Origin: a virus
DNA length: 64,000 nt
Strand: one strand, 5' to 3'
IMG/VR virus record: IMGVR_UViG_3300010885_061525
Span: 26,575 to 90,574 of that record
Shown here: piece after piece, positions 41,180-50,682 of the stretch
Position numbering within the stretch: the first letter of the stretch is position 1
How the letters are laid out: the number at the start of each line of letters is the position of its first letter
Made by a program: the position numbers and the translations under genes
Notes under the pieces: generated by a model
Database searches by the model: none
The model's input: the letters and a program-made list of their open reading frames with translations, nothing else
What the model was told of the DNA's origin: nothing

Positions 41180-42112
41180 TTATATAAAAATTTCTAAATC
41201 TACGGCTATCTCACCTCTTATAACGGGCAAAGCCATAAATGAGTCTGTTTCAAAAGAGTCCTCTGTAAATCTTAAATTTTTCCAAAAGTGATTAATAGAT
41301 CTTTGTTGCACCGAAAGCCTGTTTGAATTCAAAGAACCGTCGTAATTAAGTCCGTAAAATCCTCCTGCGTATACTTGGTTTGCGTCATAACCAACTATAG
41401 TATTGGACTGAATAGATGTGCAACAATCCATTAAGAAATCATAATGTATCATGTCTTCAGTAATTATATCAAAAGACACTGTATATTTATCCATACGAAC
41501 TGCAGAGCCTAACTCGTAAGGAACTCCTTCTTTTCTTTTGATATCTACGAAAATCCCAGGTAAAAAAGTCTTTATTTCTTGTGGTATTTCATCGTATCCA
41601 GATCCTGGAGGACTTCCTCTCCAATTTCTAAGATGGGCATTAAATAGCTTTCTATACTCAGGGCTAGTTGAAGGGTATACGAATCCCGCTCTTTCCGAGT
41701 GTTGACAAGAAACATTTAAACCAGAAGGCTTAGGATTTGTAAATAAGATCCCTCCTTTTGCGTAGTCTATGTAGTGGTCGTAAGCCCCTCCATCTCTTTC
41801 GGAATAAAACTGTCCAGAAACCCATATTCCACTTACCTGTATAGGACTAGCCCCTCCAGTGTATGTAGGGCTTTGACTTTCCCATACCCAGTTTGAACTA
41901 TTTCCCGCCCAAAATCTAAAATCTGACACCTCAGGTCTATACGAAGGTCTTAATTGAGAAAAGTTAAATCCACCATAGCCCAAAGTTCCTGTTGAAAAAT
42001 TATAATATCCCCCCGCATCTATCATTGCTTGAGATAGAGAAGATATTATATTCTCTCTTATTAAAGATCTTGTGGTTAATTGACCGAATCGTTCTATGCC
42101 TCTAAATAACAT
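41180..42112 (-). CDS. Tail terminator/neck protein (putative)
   Basis: Position directly before tail tube; IDYAKGGILF, LPGIFVD. Confidence 0.55.
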   Translation of the reverse strand: MLFRGIERFGQLTTRSLIRENIISSLSQAMIDAGGYYNFSTGTLGYGGFNFSQLRPSYRPEVSDFRFWAGNSSNWVWESQSPTYTGGASPIQVSGIWVSGQFYSERDGGAYDHYIDYAKGGILFTNPKPSGLNVSCQHSERAGFVYPSTSPEYRKLFNAHLRNWRGSPPGSGYDEIPQEIKTFLPGIFVDIKRKEGVPYELGSAVRMDKYTVSFDIITEDMIHYDFLMDCCTSIQSNTIVGYDANQVYAGGFYGLNYDGSLNSNRLSVQQRSINHFWKNLRFTEDSFETDSFMALPVIRGEIAVDLEIFI

Positions 42113-42114
42113 TT

Positions 42115-43347
42115 TTATCCTTTAGTGCTAAATTTAGTGCTTATTTTTAAAAGACTTTCAAGTACATTAATTTTACTGTAACCATAAAAAGGTGAGGTGG
42201 AAAGTTTCACCACAGCCTGGGTAATTTCGGCTAAAGGTTTATTTGTAAATTCGGCAGCACGAACTAGCGCTGCATCTAAATCAATCCCAGCGGTTGCTAA
42301 TATCTCATTGATGTCTGAAGTATTACTACCTTGGTCAAAATTATTATCAGAAGCCTTGACTACTTTAGAATTATCGGTGCTGCTAGCATTTTCCACGATG
42401 TTTGAATTGCTTATATTTCTTTTCTTTGCCTTGGGAGCTTCGGCGGGAGCTGCTGCGGGAGCTGCAGCTTTCACATTTGCTACTACCTCCTCCTTTACTT
42501 TAGCCTTTAACCTTCTTAAACATTTCGGTATTGTTTTTCTCACTCTATCTACAATATTAGGAATCATCTCAAGAAATTTTTTCCGTATAATATGAGTCTC
42601 TCCAGGATTAGGCCTCCATTCATTTGGGTCATATGAATTAGTACTCTCAATCATTATATGAGTTCCGGATCTACTATAATGCGTTTCAGCAGATTTATCT
42701 TCTTCGCGCAACTCATAAACGTCATACCCACTGACGTCCGTCTCTCCAAGATCCGCCTCTCTTAACCAGTCCCTCCTGCCAATATTCCTTTGGCCTCCAG
42801 TTCTAAAGGAGGTTTCTCTATAAGCCTTTTCTGCAAATTTGTCTAAATTATTCGTTAAATAGGCGTCTCCAGTTCCTTCAAAAGCCTTTCCTGATTTAAT
42901 TAGCAGCTTGACATCTTTTCTAGATTTTGCGTCACTTCTTGCTTGTCCTTTAAAAGCTTTAAAAAGATCAACATTTTTTCCACATGCCGTAACTTCTAAT
43001 ACAAGAACTCTCAATAAGTATTTTTCTACTTTTTTGTAATTATACCTTTGGGGAACACCAAGCGCCCCCCTTAAATTTTTATTTTTTCTGAAGTCTAAGT
43101 TTGGATGTCTTACTATTTTCGGTATCACATTTCTTTTGATGTAGATGTTGGCCGCTTTTGTCATAGACGCCCCGCAATATTTGCATATATTGTTTAGCAC
43201 TGCGGCAGCCACCGCTCCTTGAAAGATAGTCGCAAATCTACCCAACTCTCCGTTCAACTGCTCTGTGTCCATATTTAAATATGTAGAGATATTTATTAAT
43301 ACGTCTCTAGGTTTTTTTGGTTTTTTGGGTTTGTCTTCGCCTGCCAT
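42115..43347 (-). CDS. Neck/tail completion protein (putative)
   Basis: Basic protein in head-tail joining position; SRSGTHIM motif. Confidence 0.5.
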   Translation of the reverse strand: MAGEDKPKKPKKPRDVLINISTYLNMDTEQLNGELGRFATIFQGAVAAAVLNNICKYCGASMTKAANIYIKRNVIPKIVRHPNLDFRKNKNLRGALGVPQRYNYKKVEKYLLRVLVLEVTACGKNVDLFKAFKGQARSDAKSRKDVKLLIKSGKAFEGTGDAYLTNNLDKFAEKAYRETSFRTGGQRNIGRRDWLREADLGETDVSGYDVYELREEDKSAETHYSRSGTHIMIESTNSYDPNEWRPNPGETHIIRKKFLEMIPNIVDRVRKTIPKCLRRLKAKVKEEVVANVKAAAPAAAPAEAPKAKKRNISNSNIVENASSTDNSKVVKASDNNFDQGSNTSDINEILATAGIDLDAALVRAAEFTNKPLAEITQAVVKLSTSPFYGYSKINVLESLLKISTKFSTKG

Positions 43348-43348
43348 T

Positions 43349-43876
43349 TTAAACCTTTATTGAAGTCCAATATGATATGCAATTAACGTCTTGACCCAAA
43401 CCATACGACTGAGGAGGTCTTGATAGTTTAGATTTAAATTCTTTTGTTGATCCATAATAAAACGTGGCGTGACTAGCTCTTAAGAGATCAGGTATGTATT
43501 TTTTATCACACACAAACTTCCAAATATTGTCTGAGCTTTGTACCGTGCCATCGGTTAAGAAGCTTCTAACGTATTCAGAATGTCCGCCGTAGATTCTTCC
43601 CTCTATAGTTTTTGTCATTTCAGCTTGATAAAAACCACTAGCACTTGTGAAAGACGCTTCTTGATATCCAACTACTGAGTTAGGGTTAGTCATACCTCCC
43701 ATTGGGGGCATGAATCTCGGTTTAGAACTTACTGCATCAGCCATTATTGTACTTGACGGTCTTACGTCAACATTGAATGTCAATAGACAAGAAGTTCCAG
43801 CCCCTCCGCTTGCCGCAGTCAGTGCTTGAGAAGCTTCTTTCCATGCGGTTTTTATCTCGTCTGGTATATAAGCCAT
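43349..43876 (-). CDS. Head closure protein (putative)
   Basis: Position; ends PQSYGLGQ...ISYW. Confidence 0.5.
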   Translation of the reverse strand: MAYIPDEIKTAWKEASQALTAASGGAGTSCLLTFNVDVRPSSTIMADAVSSKPRFMPPMGGMTNPNSVVGYQEASFTSASGFYQAEMTKTIEGRIYGGHSEYVRSFLTDGTVQSSDNIWKFVCDKKYIPDLLRASHATFYYGSTKEFKSKLSRPPQSYGLGQDVNCISYWTSIKV

Positions 43877-43878
43877 TA

Positions 43879-44400
43879 TTATCTCCTAGCAGGTCCATAT
43901 TCAGGATAATAAGCACTGCTTCTTGCAGAGTAATTTAGATCTGCGCTTTCGTATGGTCCAAGAATAGCTCTTCCTGCAAACTTATTACCCATCTCCCATT
44001 CCCACTTTGACTTCTCATAGTTATCTAAATACATATTCACAATATCCTGCTTACCCTTGAGGGCAGCTGTTCCATCGTATGAGGTAAGATCGTCCTTGAT
44101 TCTTACTCCGTATTTAGATACGTCTCTTTTTACTTCTGACATGGTTAATATGACTGCTGACTTCAAAACAAATAAATTGGCAAGCCCTCTATTTGATTCA
44201 CTGCTTGTGGGATCTGGTGTTATTGTCCAACTAGCAATGTCTATAGAATAGTTTAAAGGCATTATTGTTACTTCTGAAGTAACAGCAATAGCCGATAGAA
44301 CTATAAATTGATTCAACACTTCATCGGTATAAGAATATGGAGAAGCTATGTCTCCAATATAATATCTTAAAGTTGTGACAAGTGTTGAGTATGTTGGCAT
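43879..44400 (-). CDS. Head-tail adaptor protein
   Basis: LRYYIGD...YTDEVL N-terminus characteristic of gp15/gp6-type adaptors. Confidence 0.65.
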   Translation of the reverse strand: MPTYSTLVTTLRYYIGDIASPYSYTDEVLNQFIVLSAIAVTSEVTIMPLNYSIDIASWTITPDPTSSESNRGLANLFVLKSAVILTMSEVKRDVSKYGVRIKDDLTSYDGTAALKGKQDIVNMYLDNYEKSKWEWEMGNKFAGRAILGPYESADLNYSARSSAYYPEYGPARR

Positions 44401-44879
44401 TATAGATTCTCAAAATTTGAAAACTGCTGATAAACATTGGCTATCTGAGTTTGTCCTGGGGCTGTTATTGCCCAAATATTTCTAATCGGAGCGGTTGCGA
44501 ATCCACCGAACTCAAAACTCGCACCACCGCTTAGAGGAGTGCCTAAGCCTGTATTCAAAGCAGCCGCATTTCCTGTTGCGTTAATTCCCACCCAAATAAC
44601 ATGGTTAGCTGTAGGGGCGTAATTAACTACGCGAGCCTTAAATAACGGGGATAATAATCCACTGTGATTAGAATACAACCAAGTTCCTGTCGGGACTACT
44701 ACCGTTCCCGATGAGAACGGAATCCTGTTAGCAAATAAATTCGCATTATATCCGCTTGGAGACTCAGCCACAGATCCGTATTGTCCACGATCCATTGAGT
44801 ATTGAACAAGCGGACCATGTCCAATAAATGCTTTTGTAGACGTTGGTACTGCACTAGATGATGTATACGCTATAGCCAT
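44400..44879 (-). CDS. Virion-associated hypothetical protein
   Basis: Start MAIAY at 44879 lies 8 nt after GTGTAT (44888-44893) and after the capsid terminator. Confidence 0.6.
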   Translation of the reverse strand: MAIAYTSSSAVPTSTKAFIGHGPLVQYSMDRGQYGSVAESPSGYNANLFANRIPFSSGTVVVPTGTWLYSNHSGLLSPLFKARVVNYAPTANHVIWVGINATGNAAALNTGLGTPLSGGASFEFGGFATAPIRNIWAITAPGQTQIANVYQQFSNFENL

Positions 44880-44900
44880 AAAATTTAATACACAAAATAA

Positions 44901-44923
44901 AAGCCCCCGAAAAACGGGGGCTT
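44901..44923 (-). terminator. Intrinsic terminator after major capsid gene
   Basis: AAGCCCCCG-aaaaa-CGGGGGCTT followed by U-rich tract on - strand. Confidence 0.8.
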
Positions 44924-44944
44924 CCATTGTTTAAAGTTTGTTCT

Positions 44945-46006
44945 TTAGAACGATCCAGCGAGGACGTGTCTTACATCAAGGACGGCCCATCCGCCTTCCA
45001 TGGATCCATAGAATCCAACAAGGCCGTGTCTATGAAGATTCTCGTCTTCAGTAATATCTATTTCTTGACTTACCGGATGAATGAAGCACTTATCTGGCTG
45101 AGTAAGATCTAGACCGATTACTAGTTCTTCATCACTTGTAGGTCCTAGAGATCCACTAAGGGTTGAAGTGTAATACGTCTGATACTCTTGGCCTACGCCC
45201 AGCTCGTCGAGGTCATGGAAATTAACACCATACATACCTCTGACAGCACCCTCTTCGCTTCTTTGAATTTGGGTTCTAATATCATCAGAAACCATACCTA
45301 ATCCCCAAGCAGACATGTCTTCGAAAGCCTCTGGAGACATGTAAATATCGGTCATTTTTCTGCGACCTACTGAAGTGGAGTTACCTCCACCGTTTCGTCT
45401 TACAACAGTCTTCATTAAGCTAATCAGCTTTGGAGTAAATGAACCTGGATCAGCATCGGAGTCGTAAGCTATGATTCCACGACCTTTGGCTGAAGAGATA
45501 ATAGTCTGCCAGCCGTCATCGTTATTTTTCTTAACGAATGACATGTTGAGGACTTCTATCATTCTTCGAAGAACATCGTAACGAGCATGCTTTAAGAATC
45601 TTCTGGTGCAGTCAATCGAACTTCCGATGGAATAAGTGTTCAATTGAATGTAATCAGCTTCTACTCTTCGCATTGGAATCTTGCCGTGATCAGGAATCAC
45701 GTAAGCAACGTGCTCTTTCTCATTTCCTGGGGCGAGCAAATCTAATGGAATTCTTAGATCTGTGGTTTCAGTAAAGTCTTCTGTGACGAAAATATCTGAA
45801 ACGATATCCCCATCAAGAACGCCTTCACGGATTGGGCCATCAACAGCCTGAGTGTATTCATTTAACGCTGCAGCAATGCCTTTTGCGATTTGAGCTTGCG
45901 CTCGCATGGCTACTGGCTTATCATTGCTACCAGCTGAAATTAAGAGGTCTTTTGCCTCTGGTGTTAGGTCGTTTGAATCGACGCTTGCTTTAATTGAATT
46001 TTTCAT
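44945..46006 (-). CDS. Major capsid protein (HK97 fold)
   Basis: 353 aa after protease-scaffold and decoration gene; PDHGKIP, ARYDVLRR, GFYGSMEGGWAVLD C-terminus; followed by terminator. Confidence 0.85.
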   Translation of the reverse strand: MKNSIKASVDSNDLTPEAKDLLISAGSNDKPVAMRAQAQIAKGIAAALNEYTQAVDGPIREGVLDGDIVSDIFVTEDFTETTDLRIPLDLLAPGNEKEHVAYVIPDHGKIPMRRVEADYIQLNTYSIGSSIDCTRRFLKHARYDVLRRMIEVLNMSFVKKNNDDGWQTIISSAKGRGIIAYDSDADPGSFTPKLISLMKTVVRRNGGGNSTSVGRRKMTDIYMSPEAFEDMSAWGLGMVSDDIRTQIQRSEEGAVRGMYGVNFHDLDELGVGQEYQTYYTSTLSGSLGPTSDEELVIGLDLTQPDKCFIHPVSQEIDITEDENLHRHGLVGFYGSMEGGWAVLDVRHVLAGSF

Positions 46007-46031
46007 GTGTGTGTGTTTTCCTCTTTTTAAA

Positions 46032-46550
46032 TTATAAGTCTACGTATACTTTAGCGTAACCATCTTCGTCTGGTAACGAGAGGAATGTTCCAATTTGAGT
46101 AAGAGCGGTAACGTTAGAGGCACCCCAAACTCCAGCGTTTCCGCTGTTCGGAGTTATGTTTCCAGAAGAACCTAAATAAGCTCTTCCTCCAACAGTTATA
46201 GTTCCAGTAGGATAAATCATGTTGGTTACAACATATCCTTTTCTAACTATAGTAACCTTATCTCCAATTTGAGCTTCGCTCTTATATGGATTCAAGATTT
46301 GTCTAGTGAGATCTATGTTAACGACATCCTGCATTAGAATGCCGAGAGGCCTGGCTCCCGATGCGAAAACTGGAACAGATGCATACCAAACTTGGTTTTG
46401 CGATTGATCCATAGCAGCTCCCGAAGGGGCTGTTACTGAGTTTCCTGTAGCCACAACAACTCCGCCACGAGCTGAACCGTAAGGCCAGCTGGTTGCTGAG
46501 AAGAACGAAATATCTTCATCGATTATGTTTCTGTCTGGTTTTAGTGCCAT
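46032..46550 (-). CDS. Capsid decoration/cement protein
   Basis: MALKPDR...PLGILMQDVVNIDLTRQ...DEDGYAKVYVDL immediately upstream of MCP. Confidence 0.7.
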   Translation of the reverse strand: MALKPDRNIIDEDISFFSATSWPYGSARGGVVVATGNSVTAPSGAAMDQSQNQVWYASVPVFASGARPLGILMQDVVNIDLTRQILNPYKSEAQIGDKVTIVRKGYVVTNMIYPTGTITVGGRAYLGSSGNITPNSGNAGVWGASNVTALTQIGTFLSLPDEDGYAKVYVDL

Positions 46551-46596
46551 GATTATACCTTTTTATTTTATACACAGTTTTTATTAAAAACTTAAA

Positions 46597-47103
46597 TTAT
46601 CGTTTCTTTCCCATAGTAAATCCGATTAAAGACTCGGCAGGATTTAGTTTATCAGCTCTTGTCTCTGGAACAATGAATGCTGCAGAGATAGGTCTTTTAG
46701 CCATAGAAACAGCTTTTGCTGCTGTGTTGGCGTTAACTATTTCTTCAGCAGCTTTGTCTATAGATGAGACTACTTTGCTTATTGATTTCTTTAATGATGC
46801 AAAAGTCTTTTCATCCATAGAGGCAAGATCTTCTGCAGTTATCTCAGAATCATTTCCAAGAAGCGTCTTGATTTGTGAAAATCTATCAGCTCCAATCTTG
46901 TTGGAGTATGCCTTTTCAGCAATTTGCTCAACAGAATTGGCGAAATTTTCAAATTCAGCTATTTTTATATTTAGCTGCTCGATATGCTCTGTTGCTAAAA
47001 TTACGGCTTCTTCGTATTCTTTATTTTCCGATTTTACCGTTTTTATAACTTCAGCGGCTTGAGTAATGACTTTTTCTAGTTCTTCTTCATTAATATCTGT
47101 CAT
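46597..47103 (-). CDS. Nested scaffolding protein (internal in-frame start MTDINEEE)
   Basis: Internal ATG at 47103 preceded by GAG/A-rich leader and GTGTAT at 47125-47130; downstream is a pure coiled coil. Confidence 0.55.
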   Translation of the reverse strand: MTDINEEELEKVITQAAEVIKTVKSENKEYEEAVILATEHIEQLNIKIAEFENFANSVEQIAEKAYSNKIGADRFSQIKTLLGNDSEITAEDLASMDEKTFASLKKSISKVVSSIDKAAEEIVNANTAAKAVSMAKRPISAAFIVPETRADKLNPAESLIGFTMGKKR

Positions 47104-48609
47104 ATTATTTTCTCTTGGAGTGTTATACACAGCATTATCAATATTGGTTAAATTAATGTTCGGTGAGATTCTTTTGTTTGTTTTAGTTGCAGCTAAATCC
47201 GCGCTAGTATTACCTACAGGTGTTTGCGAATTAGGATCGGCGGATGGCGCTTGCGTATTATCGACGACCGGCTCTTGAGAAGTAGGAGCTGTAGTTGAAC
47301 CCCCTCCTCCAGAACCTGGTTGCTGGGATGACTGTTGAGTATCAGATAATCTTCCGCTTCTTCTTAATACCAACCCCTTCTTTGCCATGTTCTGTAGAAC
47401 GAATCTTAATTCTTGCTCGTCTGCGCACGGTCTGTATTGGGCTACTTTTAATTGGTCTTCTAGGTCAGAAGGGTCTCCCAAAAGTTTGGCGTATAGTAGC
47501 GGAGCGTCTCCATGTCTATCTTGTAGATAAATATGGTATCCAGTACATCCCAATTCTATCTCAGATACCTTAGAGGCCTCTTTTTGACTGTAAAATAAAA
47601 GACCATCTAATGGTATCTCGAATGTCTTAGGGAGATTTTCTTTGCTGGTTGGGTCTTTACTAGTAACAGGCTCTCCAGGCGCTCCCGTTTGAAGCTCCTG
47701 GGGGTTTAACATGGCTCCAGGCTCTTGTACAGGTCCGGTTGGAGGGTTAGTAGCGTTTGGATCAAATTCTTGACTTATATCAGCTTTCGCGTTGTTGTTT
47801 ATAATAACACTCAATATTTTTCCTTTTCTTTTATTAGCAGGCTCGGCAACTATGCCTTGTCCTGAAAAAATGATATTTTTTAGCCATCGACCTATTTGAT
47901 ATTTCGATCCCTTGTATTTTGTATATCCAGAGCCTTTATACTGTACTAAATCCTTAGTCATAGATGACGATGATTCAGTTCTGTTTATAAAAATAGGCTT
48001 CTCATCATTCTCGTTTTTTCTTAAGCAATATCCAAAGTCCTCAAAGAAACACTCCATAGATACATACAAATTACCCTTATCTATTCCGGCTTTTATTTTT
48101 GAGGCATAAGTTGGAAAATATTGAGACCATATGATACCATCTTGCTTTATGTGAACTTTTCCTGATAGAGTTTTATTTTCTGAAGACAAAAGCTCTTGTC
48201 TATATTCATTGTCAATAAAATCCATATTTGGTAAATCGCCACTTATCAACTGCGCCTTTACCATAACTCCTATATTTTCATTTTCACTATCTTCTGATCC
48301 TCTATGCATCCAATTAATTGGTTTAAAATGCGGAGTTTCTTCAGCTTTAACTATTTCCTCAGCCGTAAAAACGTCATTATTAGCATTCCAAATATCAGTA
48401 ACTAAAATAGATGATATAGGCATTATGTCGTCAGTAATCTTAAAGTTTTCTTCTTTGATAGCTGAAAAAGCGCAGGCATTTCCAATGCATGCTTTAGCCA
48501 GTTCTAGACGGTTGTCCTCATTAGATCTTAGTATGTAATCAACGTCGCACGTAGCTTTGTTATTTTGAACTAAGCTCTCTATAGATTTTTCTAATTTAAA
48601 TATTTTCAT
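46597..48609 (-). CDS. Prohead protease-scaffold fusion
   Basis: NANNDVF...KPINWMH...VSMEC...FSGQGIVAEPAN protease motifs; Pro/Gln linker; C-terminal coiled coil. Confidence 0.8.
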   Translation of the reverse strand: MKIFKLEKSIESLVQNNKATCDVDYILRSNEDNRLELAKACIGNACAFSAIKEENFKITDDIMPISSILVTDIWNANNDVFTAEEIVKAEETPHFKPINWMHRGSEDSENENIGVMVKAQLISGDLPNMDFIDNEYRQELLSSENKTLSGKVHIKQDGIIWSQYFPTYASKIKAGIDKGNLYVSMECFFEDFGYCLRKNENDEKPIFINRTESSSSMTKDLVQYKGSGYTKYKGSKYQIGRWLKNIIFSGQGIVAEPANKRKGKILSVIINNNAKADISQEFDPNATNPPTGPVQEPGAMLNPQELQTGAPGEPVTSKDPTSKENLPKTFEIPLDGLLFYSQKEASKVSEIELGCTGYHIYLQDRHGDAPLLYAKLLGDPSDLEDQLKVAQYRPCADEQELRFVLQNMAKKGLVLRRSGRLSDTQQSSQQPGSGGGGSTTAPTSQEPVVDNTQAPSADPNSQTPVGNTSADLAATKTNKRISPNINLTNIDNAVYNTPRENNMTDINEEELEKVITQAAEVIKTVKSENKEYEEAVILATEHIEQLNIKIAEFENFANSVEQIAEKAYSNKIGADRFSQIKTLLGNDSEITAEDLASMDEKTFASLKKSISKVVSSIDKAAEEIVNANTAAKAVSMAKRPISAAFIVPETRADKLNPAESLIGFTMGKKR

Positions 48610-48674
48610 ATTTCACCTTTTATGATACACATCTTGCCTTATTGCTAGTGCTACTCTTATATTTGGCTATGTTT

Positions 48675-50645
48675 TTAACGACTTTGCTTCTCTGATAGAA
48701 TGCTATTCTTAATCATTCTTATGTTCGAAATGGTTGGATTTTTCATTTCAGACAACTCCTCATTTAACTTATTTTCAAACTCTGAAGAGTCTATTTTTGA
48801 CTGAGATATCTTAACAGCCTCTTCCGTAGTTATACTTTCACCACAATAACATGATAATACTTTATTCTTAGCTTTTTCTAGTTCTATTTTTTGCTTGCCC
48901 GTTAGTTGTCTTTTATTTGACACCTCAAATTTGCTAAGATAAAATGACTCTACCGCTGAATCTATAGATGTTTGAAAATCTTCAGCCAAAGCTAATTCGC
49001 TCGCTTTTATTCTTTTCGACACTTTTCTTTTTACTGTGTCTTTTGATCCGCCAGGTCTTCCGGCTTTCATTCCTGGGTTTTCGGTATTACCAAAGGGCTT
49101 AACTCCTGCAGGTCCCTTCATCTTTAAAAGTTCTTTTGTCTTTTTATGATTACTATTAGGAACTTCGGTTTGTATGAATGGGCTGTATTTAGTCGAAACA
49201 GACCCTTCATCTCTTTCTTTACTCTCATTAATAATTCTTGCTTTTTCGATATCCCACATTTCTCCTATTTTCTCAACCACCGTTTGATTGGAAATAACAT
49301 TTCTATCGTTAAGCTCAGTTAATAGTTTAAAATAACTTGGTTGATCGAATAGATTATCAACACTAAATTTGATTTTTGGCTTGTTGCTGAAAGACAACTC
49401 TTCGCATATAATATCTATTTCAGTCTGAATCCAGTCAGTTATAGCTCTTCTTATAGCGTCTATTCTCTTCATGAGATTTCTTAAACCCATGAAAGAATCA
49501 TTAGACCCACTAGATCCACTTGTACCACCAATTAAACTTTTATGCACTCCTAGGCCTAAAAGCATGGACTCGTAGTTTTCCGTAAAATTTTCAAGTTTTT
49601 CAATCGGAGGAAAGTACTGATCATACTGAAGCATTGAGTCCCATATTATGTCTAGCGTTCCGCCGCTATGATTTTCTAAAACGTTGGAGAGTCTTACTAT
49701 AGATCCGATATCTGGTAAGATTTCCTCTTTGTGATCTCCGAGTCTCCAAAGACGAACTGAGTTATACCAGCTGTCTAAAGCACTGATTTTCGCGAGTCTT
49801 AATTTTTCATTGTATATCACGTCATGAAGAATGCTGTATATAAAACTCTTCGCCCATATAGCGCTATCTTTTTTCTTATAATGAGCTACGTATACCGAGT
49901 CCTCATCTAAAGGAATTGATATATTAGACCCATTCTTTGCTGTCAATATAGCTTTTTTGACTTCATCAGTGAGACCGCTTAAAACAGCATCTCCTTCTTT
50001 CTTAACCAAGGCTTTAAATTGACTTATGTGTGTTGGGCTTATGTTTATAGCCCATCTTTTAATTCCCGAAAATATGGCAGCTTCTCCGCCCATTAAGGTT
50101 ACGGTTTGCGGATCATAAAGAACGTAATCTAATGGTATTTTAGATTTTACGGCAGCGGTAACTGAATCTCTTCGCATTCTTCTTACTGTCGGAACGTCAA
50201 TACTCTCATATCTGCGTCCAACAACAACGTTTCCTTCAACTACAAAGTAATTGGCAAATCTTTCAGCTCGCTCTTTTAAATTAACCTTTGTGGACCACTG
50301 CTTAAAGAAATTTTCTATTCCTTTGTTATCGCTCACTATCTCCAATCCTTCAACAGCGATTTCGGTCATTAAATCTATTACAGAACGGATAAGGCCGACG
50401 CTCTCATATGCATTTCTGCATGCGGTCATTATCTCTTCGTCTTTACTTGGTATTCTTTCGTTCGGCCTGAATCTTTCCCAAGTTTTTCTATTGAACGGCG
50501 GCCTTACAGATATTCCATCTTCGACATTAGAGTAAAAACCTCCAAAAGCCATTTGCTCTGGGGTTATTTCGGCCATAGCCTTGTTATGTTCTTCAAGACC
50601 GGCTTTTTTCTCAGCATTTGTAGAAGTGTAAAATTTATTATCCAT
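48675..50645 (-). CDS. Portal protein
   Basis: Follows terminase; CRNAYESVGLIRSVIDLMTE, FVVEGNV, HYKKKD..WA, VRLWRLG. Confidence 0.85.
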   Translation of the reverse strand: MDNKFYTSTNAEKKAGLEEHNKAMAEITPEQMAFGGFYSNVEDGISVRPPFNRKTWERFRPNERIPSKDEEIMTACRNAYESVGLIRSVIDLMTEIAVEGLEIVSDNKGIENFFKQWSTKVNLKERAERFANYFVVEGNVVVGRRYESIDVPTVRRMRRDSVTAAVKSKIPLDYVLYDPQTVTLMGGEAAIFSGIKRWAINISPTHISQFKALVKKEGDAVLSGLTDEVKKAILTAKNGSNISIPLDEDSVYVAHYKKKDSAIWAKSFIYSILHDVIYNEKLRLAKISALDSWYNSVRLWRLGDHKEEILPDIGSIVRLSNVLENHSGGTLDIIWDSMLQYDQYFPPIEKLENFTENYESMLLGLGVHKSLIGGTSGSSGSNDSFMGLRNLMKRIDAIRRAITDWIQTEIDIICEELSFSNKPKIKFSVDNLFDQPSYFKLLTELNDRNVISNQTVVEKIGEMWDIEKARIINESKERDEGSVSTKYSPFIQTEVPNSNHKKTKELLKMKGPAGVKPFGNTENPGMKAGRPGGSKDTVKRKVSKRIKASELALAEDFQTSIDSAVESFYLSKFEVSNKRQLTGKQKIELEKAKNKVLSCYCGESITTEEAVKISQSKIDSSEFENKLNEELSEMKNPTISNIRMIKNSILSEKQSR

Positions 50646-50682
50646 TTTAATCCAATCGCAATCCAATTAAATACACTAAGAG

